A DNA stretch of 64,000 bases from Macrostomum lignano (Eukaryota): positions 311,632 through 375,631 of the forward strand of contig NIVC01001037.1 in the NCBI GenBank assembly GCA_002269645.1, given 5' to 3'. Positions within the stretch are counted from its first letter, which is position 1; every line of letters begins with the position of its first letter. The notes under the pieces were generated by a model that saw nothing but the letters and a program-made list of their open reading frames with translations, was not told the DNA's origin and did no database searches. Positions 49,886 through 64,000 of this stretch are shown piece after piece. The position numbers were made by a program, and so were the translations under genes.

Positions 49886-52800
49886 GGTTCTTTATTATTT
49901 TGCTCAGTAACTGCCCTGTCTACTGTGAGTAGCTAAATAATATTTTGCTCAATTTTTATCAAACCTACAGCTATCCCAATGCCCACAAGAATAAGTCTTT
50001 GTATCACTGAGCATTCATTCGATCTGACGATCTCAAACAATCCATTAACTATTTTTAGGAACATAAATATCTCCCAAACTCGATTGTGTTAGCTAATTGG
50101 TTTTCTCTAGGATTTACTTCGTTGCAGAAGTTTATTGAATTGGTTTTCATTCTGAACTCTATCTTGGCACTATTCGTGTGTGCGGACCCAAGCAGCTCAA
50201 TCACATCACATGCAATCAATCAAATTAGTTCCGTGGTGGGTGTGGAGAAGAGAGATTTTCGAAGGGATAAGTTATAGTTGGCTTTTGATGATGCCTGCTT
50301 GCGAATGCAGTTAAATATATATGCGCAAATATATATATAATAGAAAACTGATAGAAATCTTAGCCAGAAGAGAAGATTGGAAGACTTAGCCTTTTCTACT
50401 TTTAAGTTACGTAAAAGTACATTCGCTACCGTTTTTGTCTTTACGACTTACGAACATAGTCCATTCGAACTGGCCTCCACTTTTCGAGATTCTAAGGTCA
50501 AGCTACTTTAGAGTGAGATCAATCCTGTCTCTGCTATATGTACTTCTGTAAATTTACTGAGTAAAATGTGACGAAAGTTATACAGTAAAATGTGACCTTG
50601 AGCTTTTTGACATTTTTCTCTCGTCTCTTTCTTCACTCACTGTCTGTATTTATCCTACATGTATCTTCCTAGCCCATCTCATGTCTCAGCCAAAAATAGT
50701 ACATGCAGACCGATTCCTGTTTACCCTATAATTTCATGATCGCATATGGCACAGAGACGCGAATCGTCTGTCCTCCTTGACAGCTTGTAGGCTCAGGAAT
50801 TGGGCGTGGGCAACTCACGCATTTAGTGATTTAGTGTATAAAAATGCGAATGCTTTGCCTTTGTCTATTACTGTATGGAATGAATTGAATTGCTTCTATA
50901 GCCATAGGGTACAAATAACTGTTGAAGGTCGAATTCTTGAATGTCAATTCTCAGTTTCCATAATGTGGAATTACAGTTGCAAGATTATCACCCGGATGTC
51001 CTTATTGACACAGCAAACAACATGCACAGGGAAGCTTGCTTCAAGTAAAATATTCAGGTTGTCTGAAAAAACTCGGTTAGCTAAAAGGCTGTGAAACTGC
51101 AGCTGCTGAATCACGAGTCCACTTCGTGTTCTGCGTTGTTTAAGTCAAGCAACTGTCGATACTGCCTTTGGTTGTGCAAAAGAAATATTCATCATCGTGC
51201 CAGGTCATGTGCCGCATCGCAAAGCGTGGATGCTGTTTCGTCATATTATTTCATCGCGCCGCACTCTGTCTGGTATTGGGGGATGCCCTGCATCTACGCT
51301 TGCTGTGCAGTGCAGTTTGTTTCTGTCGGGGTGTATTTTCTAGAGCAGCCAGTCCTTCTTTTAGCGATGCACTGTACATTCATCTGGCTACTGGCTTTTT
51401 TCCTTCCCTTTTCTCCACTTTCGTTCTCCTCACCTCACAGTTGTACGCTTCGCTGATACAGAAGTACGCTTAGGACTGGGGGCAGACAAGGAGGGGATCA
51501 CGACGGGTTGGACGGAGTGGAAAAACCCCCTTGTTGGCCCCCGGTTTCAACCGGTTCTCCACGCGAGGAAGGCCAAAACCTTCATCTCTGCATGCCTCTG
51601 CGGCCAATGAGAGCGCAAGAGAGAGACACAGATAAGAGAATGCGAGGGATAGAAAATAGAGCGGGGGCCGTTCATTTTTTACTTGCGTGCGCCTCAAGCC
51701 GTGCGTGCGCGCTATTTAGCCTAAAAAACTCCAGAGCAAGAAGTCTGCAAAGCCAGTCATAGTAAAGTAGGGCCGTGTCCTCGTTTTAACGGCTTCCTAA
51801 GCGTCTCTCTGTCCGTCCGACTTCCAAGAGTTAATTTCTGCAACCGACCTTGACCTGTTTTCCTTCTCTCTCGGTGTTGAGGAAGATTTCCGTGGATCGA
51901 CCGTCGTTCGAAAATTCAAATTCTATTTGGTAAGTGAGCTCACTTAGTATCGTAATTTGCAGTGTTTACTTGAATTGAAATGATACTCAACCGAATTCTT
52001 TTCCTTTCTGGTCCTGTCATGTTGCATATCATTAATAAATTATTCGATCATGTTTCTGGCTTGCACTAACTACCGGCTATCATTAAATTCTGTTGTTCGG
52101 TCTGGCTCCTGACCTGGATCGGTCAAACAGTCTGCTAGCCAAATGCCTTGCAGATGAGATAACAGAATGGTTGACAGTACAACAAGCTCAAACTAAAAAA
52201 ACTTCGAAATTTCAATTTTTATAACACCTGATAATACCTGACCTGTAGTATTTTGCTAGAGTGTGAGCTGGAATGCTTGTGCTTGAGTATATATATGCTA
52301 TATATAGAGGTGCGTTAATTTGGCTGAGATTTTTATTACGCCAAACGGAAGTCGCGCTGTAATTTTAGTGTGTATTGTATATGTACATTGTTGTTGCTGA
52401 CCCGAACTTTAGACTCAGAAGATTTGGTATAATGTGGAAGAGAGTCAGTTTTTAGCTGTGGAATTTAAATCGATATGAAAGATTGATAGACCCCCGGTTG
52501 GATTTCATGTCCATTTTTAAAAAGCATTTGCTCCAGTCCCAGCGCTCTGTCACGTGCTGTCCGCATTATCTAGCTAGATTTGTCTGTCTGTCAGTCGTGG
52601 AGCACGTTGGCAGAGCGTGCTGCTTCCTGTACTCAGAGTGCGTGCGTGCGAAGTCTTTGAGAACTCCCGCGATTACTTTACTTTAGCCTCGAATAGGTTC
52701 TCAGTGAGGTAGGTGACAGAGACAGCCCCCTCTTCACCCCTCTGTCCTGAATTCAAGTTCAAAGGAAGCCCCTGGCTGCTTGAGCTGAGTACTTGGCTTT

Positions 52801-53796
52801 TCTTGCTTATACCTTATCTTCAAGCTGCAACTCCCAATATCTTTAGACATGCAGGCGTAGTTTAGTAAGCGAAAAATAATGCTTTGAAAGTGAATGAAAA
52901 GCAAGGCTGCTAGGTTAGGAACTTAGGTATGAAAGCTTGCAGTCAGTTGTAAGAGGAAGCTTTCAAGAGATTTTACGGCGAGTTTGAACAGAATAGAATA
53001 CTTGTAGTGTATCATAGTTTAGAAGAAAAGCTCGGCTCGTATTCTCCCGCAGTCCCGCGCTGCTTTCTCGGCAAAAGTCAAAGCATCAAAAGTCCACGAA
53101 TATATTTAGTAAGGCCTCTTTTATCCGACAATCCAAGGCCCAAGTGAGAGCGGAGCGCCCTACGGTGCGTGATGGGTAGAAACACGACCGTGACTATTGA
53201 ATCGTAACCGAAAGCTGGATACAAAGGGAGTCGAAAGCAGCCAGCTTCCATAGATCCATAGCTAGCTGTAAGGAAGAGAGAGAGAGTGAATGTTGCTGGA
53301 AAAAAACCAATCAGCCAGAGATTAATGAGCCCTTGGGAGAACTCTTCGTGTCGCGCGCCAGTATAGAGGAAAATATTCAGGACTGCACTTCTGTTGGCTA
53401 CCTTAACTAGTGGTCGATCGTTTCTTTTAACAAGCGCTATCGTTTGCCTCTTGGGGTTTCATCATGGTTTTCCCATCGTCAGTTATTAATCTACGGATAT
53501 AAAAGCATTTCTATCTGATCTACGAGTACCAAAAGTCAAGTGAACAACTATGACGTATTGGGTAGTTTATGTAGCTGCTCGTAAGTCAATCATAACACAA
53601 TTAAGTCTGCATCAACACCGACGGATTTCTCGTTCATCATCGAATCGGAAGCCTTTTCTTTTCCTTCAAGTTGTTTAAAATCAAATAGTTGCAGAATGCA
53701 GCAAAGATTGAAGCACTTGTTATAATAAAAGCGCTATTTATAACAATTTTAGATTGCGAAAAAAAGACATAAACGCGCCAACAAGCTCCATCAGCA

Positions 53797-55299
53797 ATGC
53801 CGCTGTGTAAGAAGAAATCTGGTGAGCAGGCCGACTCGGCCGATGCGGCCTCCCCAGTGCAGCTGCAAAAGAAGATCACTCTAATGAACGGCGTCAGCAT
53901 CATCGTTGGCTCCATCATCGGTTCGGGGATTTTTGTTAGTCCGACCGGCATCTTCAAGGAGGTGAACAGCATCGGGGCCTCGCTGCTAGTCTGGGTCTTG
54001 TGCGGCGTCTACAGCTTCTTCGGGGCGTACAGCTACGCCGAGCTTGGCACAATGATCCAGCGCTCTGGCGCTGACTACGCCTACGTCCTGGTGGCCTTTG
54101 GGCCCTTCATGGCTTTCCTGCGTATGTGGTGCGAGATCCTCGTCATGCGCCCTTGCTCTCAGACCATCATAGCCCTCACCTTTGCCAAGTACATCCTGGA
54201 GCCATTTTTCACCGGCTGCCAGGCGCCGATCATCACCGAGAAGTTGCTAGCCGCGCTCTGCTTGACAATCTTGACGGCCGCTAACTGCTGGAGCATCCGC
54301 GCCTCCACCTGGATTCAGGACATCTGCACCTGGGGCAAAACGCTCGCCCTAATTATCATTATCATCGCCGGCTGCGTCCAGGTCGGCCGAGGCAAAGTCG
54401 AGTTCTTCGAGGAGCCGTTCGCCGACTCGGTGATGGGCGTCGGCAACCTCGTGCGTGCCTTCTACTCTGGCCTGTTTGCCTACAACGGTTGGAATTACCT
54501 GAACTGCGTCACTGGCGAGATGAAGAACCCGCAGCGCGACCTGCCCCTGGCAATCTTCATCTCATGCGCCATCGTCACTGTGGTGTACGTCCTGGCCAAC
54601 GCCGCCTACTTCACCACGGTTCCAGTTGCCGAGTTCGTGACCACACCGGCTGTTGCCATCCTGTTTGCTAAGAAAATCTCCGGCTTCCTGGCCGCCGTCA
54701 TGCCGATCTTCGTGTCCCTGTCTACATTCGGCGGTGTGAACGGCGTCCTGCTGACCACGTCCCGGATATTCTTTGTGGCCGCCGAGGAAGGTCAGATGCC
54801 CAGCTTTCTGTGCATGATCCAGCAGCGCCTGCTGACCCCGCTACCCGCTGTGCTGCTGGTGGGTCTCATCTCGCTTGTCTATCTCACCATTGACGACATC
54901 TACGTGCTGGTGAACTACATGGGCTTCGTAAACTGGCTGGCCATCGGCCTGTCCGTCTCCATCGTGCTGTACCTGCGCGTCAAGCGGCCTAACGATCCGC
55001 GCCCGATTCGCGTGCCAATCATATTCCCGATTGTGTACACCATGTTCACCGTGCTGCTGTGCGCCAACGCCTTCATTGGAGCCTTCTGGGAGTGCGCCAT
55101 GGGCGTGGTGATCATCCTGACGGCTGTGCCGGTTTACCTGATCGGCGTGGCCTGGACTAACAAGCCGAAGTCTCTGCTGCGCTGGACCTCCGATCTCACT
55201 CGCCTAGTGCAGAAGGTGTTCCTGGTGCAGCTGCAGGAAGATGGAGGAGCCAAGTCGGAAGCTGAGAAATTGGTTGCGGCCGAAGAAAAGGAGGCTTGA
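53797..55299 (+). CDS. L-type amino acid transporter light chain (SLC7 LAT subfamily), intronless CDS, 500 aa
   Basis: GSIIGSGIFVSP, AELGT.I..SG.DY.Y, YSGLFAYNGWNYLN, NP.RDLPLAI, and RPIRVP motifs. The conserved Cys between TM3 and TM4 (FTGCQAP) used for heavy-chain linkage is present. Strong GC3 bias. Confidence 0.95.
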   Translation: MPLCKKKSGEQADSADAASPVQLQKKITLMNGVSIIVGSIIGSGIFVSPTGIFKEVNSIGASLLVWVLCGVYSFFGAYSYAELGTMIQRSGADYAYVLVAFGPFMAFLRMWCEILVMRPCSQTIIALTFAKYILEPFFTGCQAPIITEKLLAALCLTILTAANCWSIRASTWIQDICTWGKTLALIIIIIAGCVQVGRGKVEFFEEPFADSVMGVGNLVRAFYSGLFAYNGWNYLNCVTGEMKNPQRDLPLAIFISCAIVTVVYVLANAAYFTTVPVAEFVTTPAVAILFAKKISGFLAAVMPIFVSLSTFGGVNGVLLTTSRIFFVAAEEGQMPSFLCMIQQRLLTPLPAVLLVGLISLVYLTIDDIYVLVNYMGFVNWLAIGLSVSIVLYLRVKRPNDPRPIRVPIIFPIVYTMFTVLLCANAFIGAFWECAMGVVIILTAVPVYLIGVAWTNKPKSLLRWTSDLTRLVQKVFLVQLQEDGGAKSEAEKLVAAEEKEA

Positions 55300-56466
55300 A
55301 TGAGTAGTTTCTTGGAAAATCCTAAAACGCAGCCGGGATGGAAAACCGCCTACAGTGTGTGCAGAAAAATAGTTAGAATTATTAATTAAAACTTGAATAT
55401 GAGTAGCTTTGCGGTTAGAGTTCGTTCACCAGATCATTTTTAAATATCATCTTTTGTTTAAGAAAATTCGTGTTGTCTCACACAATTGTTTAAAGCATTT
55501 TTTTGTTTTGAGAGTTTAATGCAATGATAAAACCTAATTTAGTTATCAGTCAACTAGTTCCAACTATTTTGTATTTGTAATGCTTATTCGGGTAGATTTA
55601 GTAGCGTCTAATTCATAGATTGATTTCTACAGGCCTATCGTTGTGCGAGTTTCAGCTAAGCAGCTTCTCTTGTCTTTTTGTGTAGACTTTTTGCTTGACG
55701 TCCGAGTTTTCAATGCAATGCAGCAGCTGCTGCTCTTGTGCTCACACTACATTTGCCCATGCTTGTCCATTATTTTGGCTTCAATAAAAATGCTTGTTGG
55801 TTGATGTCCTGGTCCCTGCGAAATGAAATAATCGTCAATATTTTATTGATTAGCTTTAGCTGTTAAAAATAAAAAAAAAAATTTGTCAATTTTATTTTAA
55901 CCAAGCACCAACAGACTTTAAATACTCGACTGCCGTATGGCACTAATAATGCAACTTTTCTCACCTAATTATGTTTTTTGCCGGGATCTTGAGATTATAG
56001 TCTCAGATGATCGCTGTAAGCAGGCAGGCGGCCAACTTGTACTCAGTCTGTACACATTGCTAAGTATTTCCCTGCTTTACTGTCTCCCCATCTGTTAATC
56101 CAAAACTTTATTTAAAAGCTGTTATTAATGATTGAATCTAGCGAGACTGGTCAGTCGCAGTTCGATTTTATGCTATAATATCAAAATTTATTGTTTGTTA
56201 TCAATATGTGCAATTTTCATTCCAATCTAATTAATTTAATTGTTCAATATTTAGCCTTCAGTCTGATATTTTAGCATTATTATTATTAATTATTATTATT
56301 ATTACCACTATTAAAAAGTACAACGCCGTCGCTTTGAGCTGTTTTTGCCAATAAAATTTCGGAGTCTGTTGGCTTTTACTAGCAGCTTTTTGTCCTCTGT
56401 AGAGAGCTCAGTTACACCTGCTCTTTTATTTCATTCTATTTCTGGAAATAGAGGGCTAAACAGATT

Positions 56467-57030
56467 GGAAAGAGATGGGAGTGGGGGGAGATGAGAGATA
56501 GGAGAGGGGGGAGATGAGAGGAGAGGGGGGATGAGAGATGGGAGAGGAGGGAGATGGGAAAGGAGAGATGGGAGAGGAGGGAGATGGGAGAGGAGGGAGA
56601 TGGGAGATGAGAGGAGGGAGATGGGAAAGGAGAGATGGGAGAGGAGGGAGATGGGAGGTGGGAGAGGAGGGAGATGGGAGAGGAGGGAGATGAGAGATAG
56701 GAGAGGGGGGAGATGAGAGATAGGAGAGGGGGGGTGAGAGATGGGAGAGGAGGGAGATGGGAAAGGAGAGATGGGAGAGGAGGGAGATGGGAGAGGAGGG
56801 AAATGGGAGGGGAGGGAGATGCAGAGAGAGGAGAAAGATGCAGAGAGAGGAGGGAGATGGGAGAGGAGGGAGATGGGAGAGGAGGGAGATGCAGAGAGAG
56901 GAGGGAGATGAGAGAGGAGGGAGATGAGAGAGCGGAGGGAGATGCAGAGAGGAAAGAGATGGGAGAGGAGGGAGATGGGAGAAGAGGGAGATGGGAGAAG
57001 AGGGAGATGCAGAGAGAGGAGGGATATGGG
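56467..57030 (+). repeat. Polypurine GA-rich repeat (GGGAGAGGAGGGAGAT-like units)
   Basis: Direct reading. Confidence 0.95.
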
Positions 57031-57917
57031 ATAGATGAGGCAGACGCTAAGAGGGATTCGGGAGATACCGCATAACAGCAGCAAGCTTCCATCTCCAAAT
57101 CGCGTTTGTTTGTGATCGAAGTAAATCAAGCCTGCATCTTAGTCTTTAATCTAATTTTAGTCTTAGTCTTCCTGTAGTCTCAGGTGTTTTGATCCGTATA
57201 CGCAGCTCCGGGCGATCACCCGACAGCTTTGAGCTCAGCTCGCCAGTCAAGGCATTGACGTTTTCTCAAAAGATGAAACGCCAAGTCGCGTTTATTTGCG
57301 TTTGACTTTGAGGAAATTCTTTCCTGCTCTTGCCGAAGAGTTGTTTCCCTAAAGCAGAACCATCTGCTCCTTTTTCATTAGAAATGTTTAATAAGATTTC
57401 AGAATCGAAATGAAAATAAAAAAAAAGATCGGCTTTGAGCCTCGCTTTTTTGTATTGAAGAATTTGCATGGTTCCATGTACTTTCCAATATGGGTTTCTC
57501 ATTAGGTATAGGAGCTCCCGCTGCTCGGGATGCTGCTCTATTCTTTAATCAGTTCCGCCCCGCTGAGCTCGAAGTCCCCATCCAGCGACATGAAACGGGA
57601 TTAGACCGATGCGGATATGCAGACTAGAGGGAGAATAGAAGAAAGTCTTTGAAGGCAGCTCATGATCTCTCAATGTCTTCTGTTCGGGCTGAGTTCCATC
57701 CCGGCTTGAGGCTCAAAACAAGTTCACTGAAAGCTCTCGAGCTTAATCTGGGTTTACTTTAGAGATAAGCAGACTGCCCAGTCCTGCCATTCTCTCTTCA
57801 CGTCTTGAACACTTCCCGAGTTGCGAATTTCGTGTTCTCATTCTCCTTAATCTCTATGATTGACATGTATGATTTATCTGTCCTGTAGTCCTGCTTATAC
57901 CAATTTTCCAGCGCCTC

Positions 57918-61724
<3,807 letters not shown>

Positions 61725-62139
61725 GGCTTGGAAATGTACTTTAAAGTGTCAGAGTTATTTACATGCATGTATCAGATAGACCGACTTTTTGTTCTTTTTT
61801 AAGCAAAGGAGAACTGAGCCGAAGTCTGGAGGGACAGCTGAGCTGAATGAATAGATCGAATAGATCAGATACGTAGATCGTAGATCAGTCAATGGATTGA
61901 TTGTAGAGATCAGATAGATCAATGTCTGATAGATCAGATAGAACGCATTTTTTAGTTTCATTGTTGAATAGTTGTTCCTTCAGACTCTGGTCTAAGAACT
62001 TCCTGGCCTTGGAATAAAATGAAACAATTATTTTTATATTTATTTAAATTCTAACATTTCTACTTTCAGTAGTTCAACAAGTAAGGTGGTCGTGCGCATA
62101 TCCTGTATGAATCATGTTAGTAGGCAATGATCAATTGTG

Positions 62140-62667
62140 TCAGTCTTTCTTGGCAGCGACCTGCCGCAGGCAGTCCACGGTCCCGAGTTCGTTCACCGCC
62201 GACGCCTGAATGCGGTCCGTCGAGCTCCTCGTCACTGCAATGCGTGAAATCTGATATTTTCATGCCCGATCTATACTACTGTACAGTAGAAATATAAACA
62301 TTTTCTCCTAATAAATACGTTTTCCCCATGAAGGCTTTAACGCACCAGTTGTTCTTAATATTGAGTTGTTTTGTGCTTAAGGCGTGATTTGACGATCTGC
62401 TTGACCTGACTGCCTTCTGCTAATCCTTCTAAGCCTTGCTAATCCTGAGTGCAAAACTGGATTTCAATGCATAGACTGTGCATGCAAAGAATCGAAATTC
62501 CAATTTATAATTTGCGAGTGTCATGCTCGCATTGTTTGGCACGCCAACTGCGAAGCTGCGGTTTTCTGCAGGTTTTGAAAGCAGTTCTGTTTCTGTGCAG
62601 TTCTTTCTGTGTCTGTCTGTCTGTGTGTCTGTCTGTGACTGTCTATCTGTCTGTCTGTCTGTGTGCC

Positions 62668-62706
<39 letters not shown>

Positions 62707-62733
62707 ATGCCTGTCTGTCTGCCTGTCTGTCTA

Positions 62734-62766
<33 letters not shown>

Positions 62767-63646
62767 ATGCCTGTCTGTCTGTCTGGCCACAATCCAATCT
62801 CTCACCCTCCCCAGTGGTCCTTTGCTCGATCGCCCTGAGCCGCCGCGTCGCGATGGCTTCCAGCTGCACACGGGCCGCCTGGTGGTCCTCCAGCACCGCC
62901 CAGAGGTCGGCGCGGGCCAGGCAGAGCAGCTGCGAGTAGCCCACAGAGCGCACTGAGGCCGTGCGCCGGCTGCCCATGCGGCCGAGGCTCAGCACGGAGA
63001 TCTCGCCAAAGTAGCAGCCGGCCCGCAGCGTGGCCAGGGCGCGGTCGGAGCCGTCTGACATCACCTGCAGCCGGCCCTGGCTCACAATGTACATCTGCCG
63101 GCCCACCTCGCCTGCGGCCGGGAGGCGAGAATTGATGGCTAGATGGGGCGGTCTCAATCTAATCCCAAATCTCAGCCTTATCTACTAGACAATCACCCTA
63201 ATTACTAGAATCTCGCCCCATCCTATCCCAAATCTCACCCCAGCCTGTACACAATCTCACCCCATCCTGTATAAAATCTCACCCACCTTGTCCAAAATCT
63301 CACCCACCGTGCCAAAAATCTCACCCCACCCTGCTCAAAATCTCACCCTTCCTGCACACGAAATCCCCAGGCGAGAAGAGCACCGGCCGCAGGCGCAGCA
63401 CCAGGTCGGTGAGGAAGCCCTCCTCGGTGTTGTGGAACATGTCCACCCGCTTCAGCGTGTCCAGGTGCGCATGGATGGCCAGCTCCGCCTGCAGCTTGTC
63501 CGGCAGCGAGGCCAGCGCCGCCGTCTCGTTGCAGTCCTGAAGGCCCGAGTGGCGCCAGAGATGATCGAACCAGCGAATTACTCGCCGCTGCAGCTGATGA
63601 GGCACCCGACGGTTCTCCATGTAGCTCTTGACCTGGTCCAGGCGGC
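62140..63646 (-). CDS. Cyclic-nucleotide-gated channel alpha subunit, 3' part (C-linker and CNBD); exons about 63646-63347, 63111-62806, putative last exon 62234-62140; gene continues beyond the window
   Basis: [75 protein letters not shown], and RRTASVRSVGYSQLLCL motifs. The last exon is less certain. Confidence 0.92.
62605..62784 (-). repeat. (ACAG)n on the CNG sense strand, intronic
   Basis: The plus strand reads (CTGT)n. Confidence 0.95.
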
Positions 63647-63712
63647 CTGCGGGTCGCGACAGGGGGCGGTGCTCAACTATGAGTCCTAAGTTCAGGTTGG
63701 ATGCCGCAAAAC

Positions 63713-64000
63713 CGATTCTAATCTTAGGTCAGGCAACTTGCTGATCCTAATCTTAGGTCAGGCAACTTGCTGATCCTAATCTTAGGTCAGGCAACTTACT
63801 GATCCTAATCTTAGGTCAAACTTACTGATCCTAATCTTAGGTCAAACTTACTGATCCTAATCTTGGGACAGGCAACTTACTGATCCTAATCTTAGGTCAG
63901 GCAACTTACTGATCCTAATCTTAAGGCAACTTACTGATCCTAATCTTAGGTCACAACTTACTGATCCTAATCTTAGGTCAAACTTACTGATCCTAATCTT
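63713..64000 (+). repeat. About 24-29-bp quasi-palindromic tandem repeat CTGATCCTAATCTTAGGTCAGGCAACTTA, CNG intron, running off the window
   Basis: Direct reading. Confidence 0.95.

Noticed and set aside
62155-62246. Plus-strand exon continuing FANCA
   Set aside because: It stops after about 30 codons with no FANCA similarity; it fits better as the minus-strand terminal exon of the CNG gene.

Overview
Eukaryotic (metazoan) genomic DNA with GT-AG introns and many intronic micro- and minisatellites. A flatworm such as Macrostomum is my inference from gene style and a spliced-leader-like motif recalled from memory. Genes in order: a truncated duplicate of an unknown 5-exon gene; a sulfotransferase pseudogene; an intronless SLC15/POT-like transporter; the intact unknown gene; two tandem giant ankyrin-repeat paralogs on the minus strand; SSUH2; two calmodulin-like EF-hand genes; an intronless SLC7 LAT-type transporter; a FANCA homolog covering only the N-terminal region; and the 3' part of a CNG channel alpha subunit. 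One ankyrin paralog splices onto a guanylyl-cyclase-type pseudokinase domain, the other onto a short unrelated tail. The most interesting signals are three. (1) A 1.2-kb TSD-flanked retroposon-like insert whose 5' end resembles the flatworm spliced leader and carries stable hairpins. (2) The ankyrin-array/pseudokinase locus, with an in-frame TAA between the modules. (3) A family of foldback elements sharing a GTCTATGG motif, two of them abutting at TAGTA junctions. Many ankyrin frameshifts look like long-read deletion errors. All homology calls are from motif recognition, not database searches.
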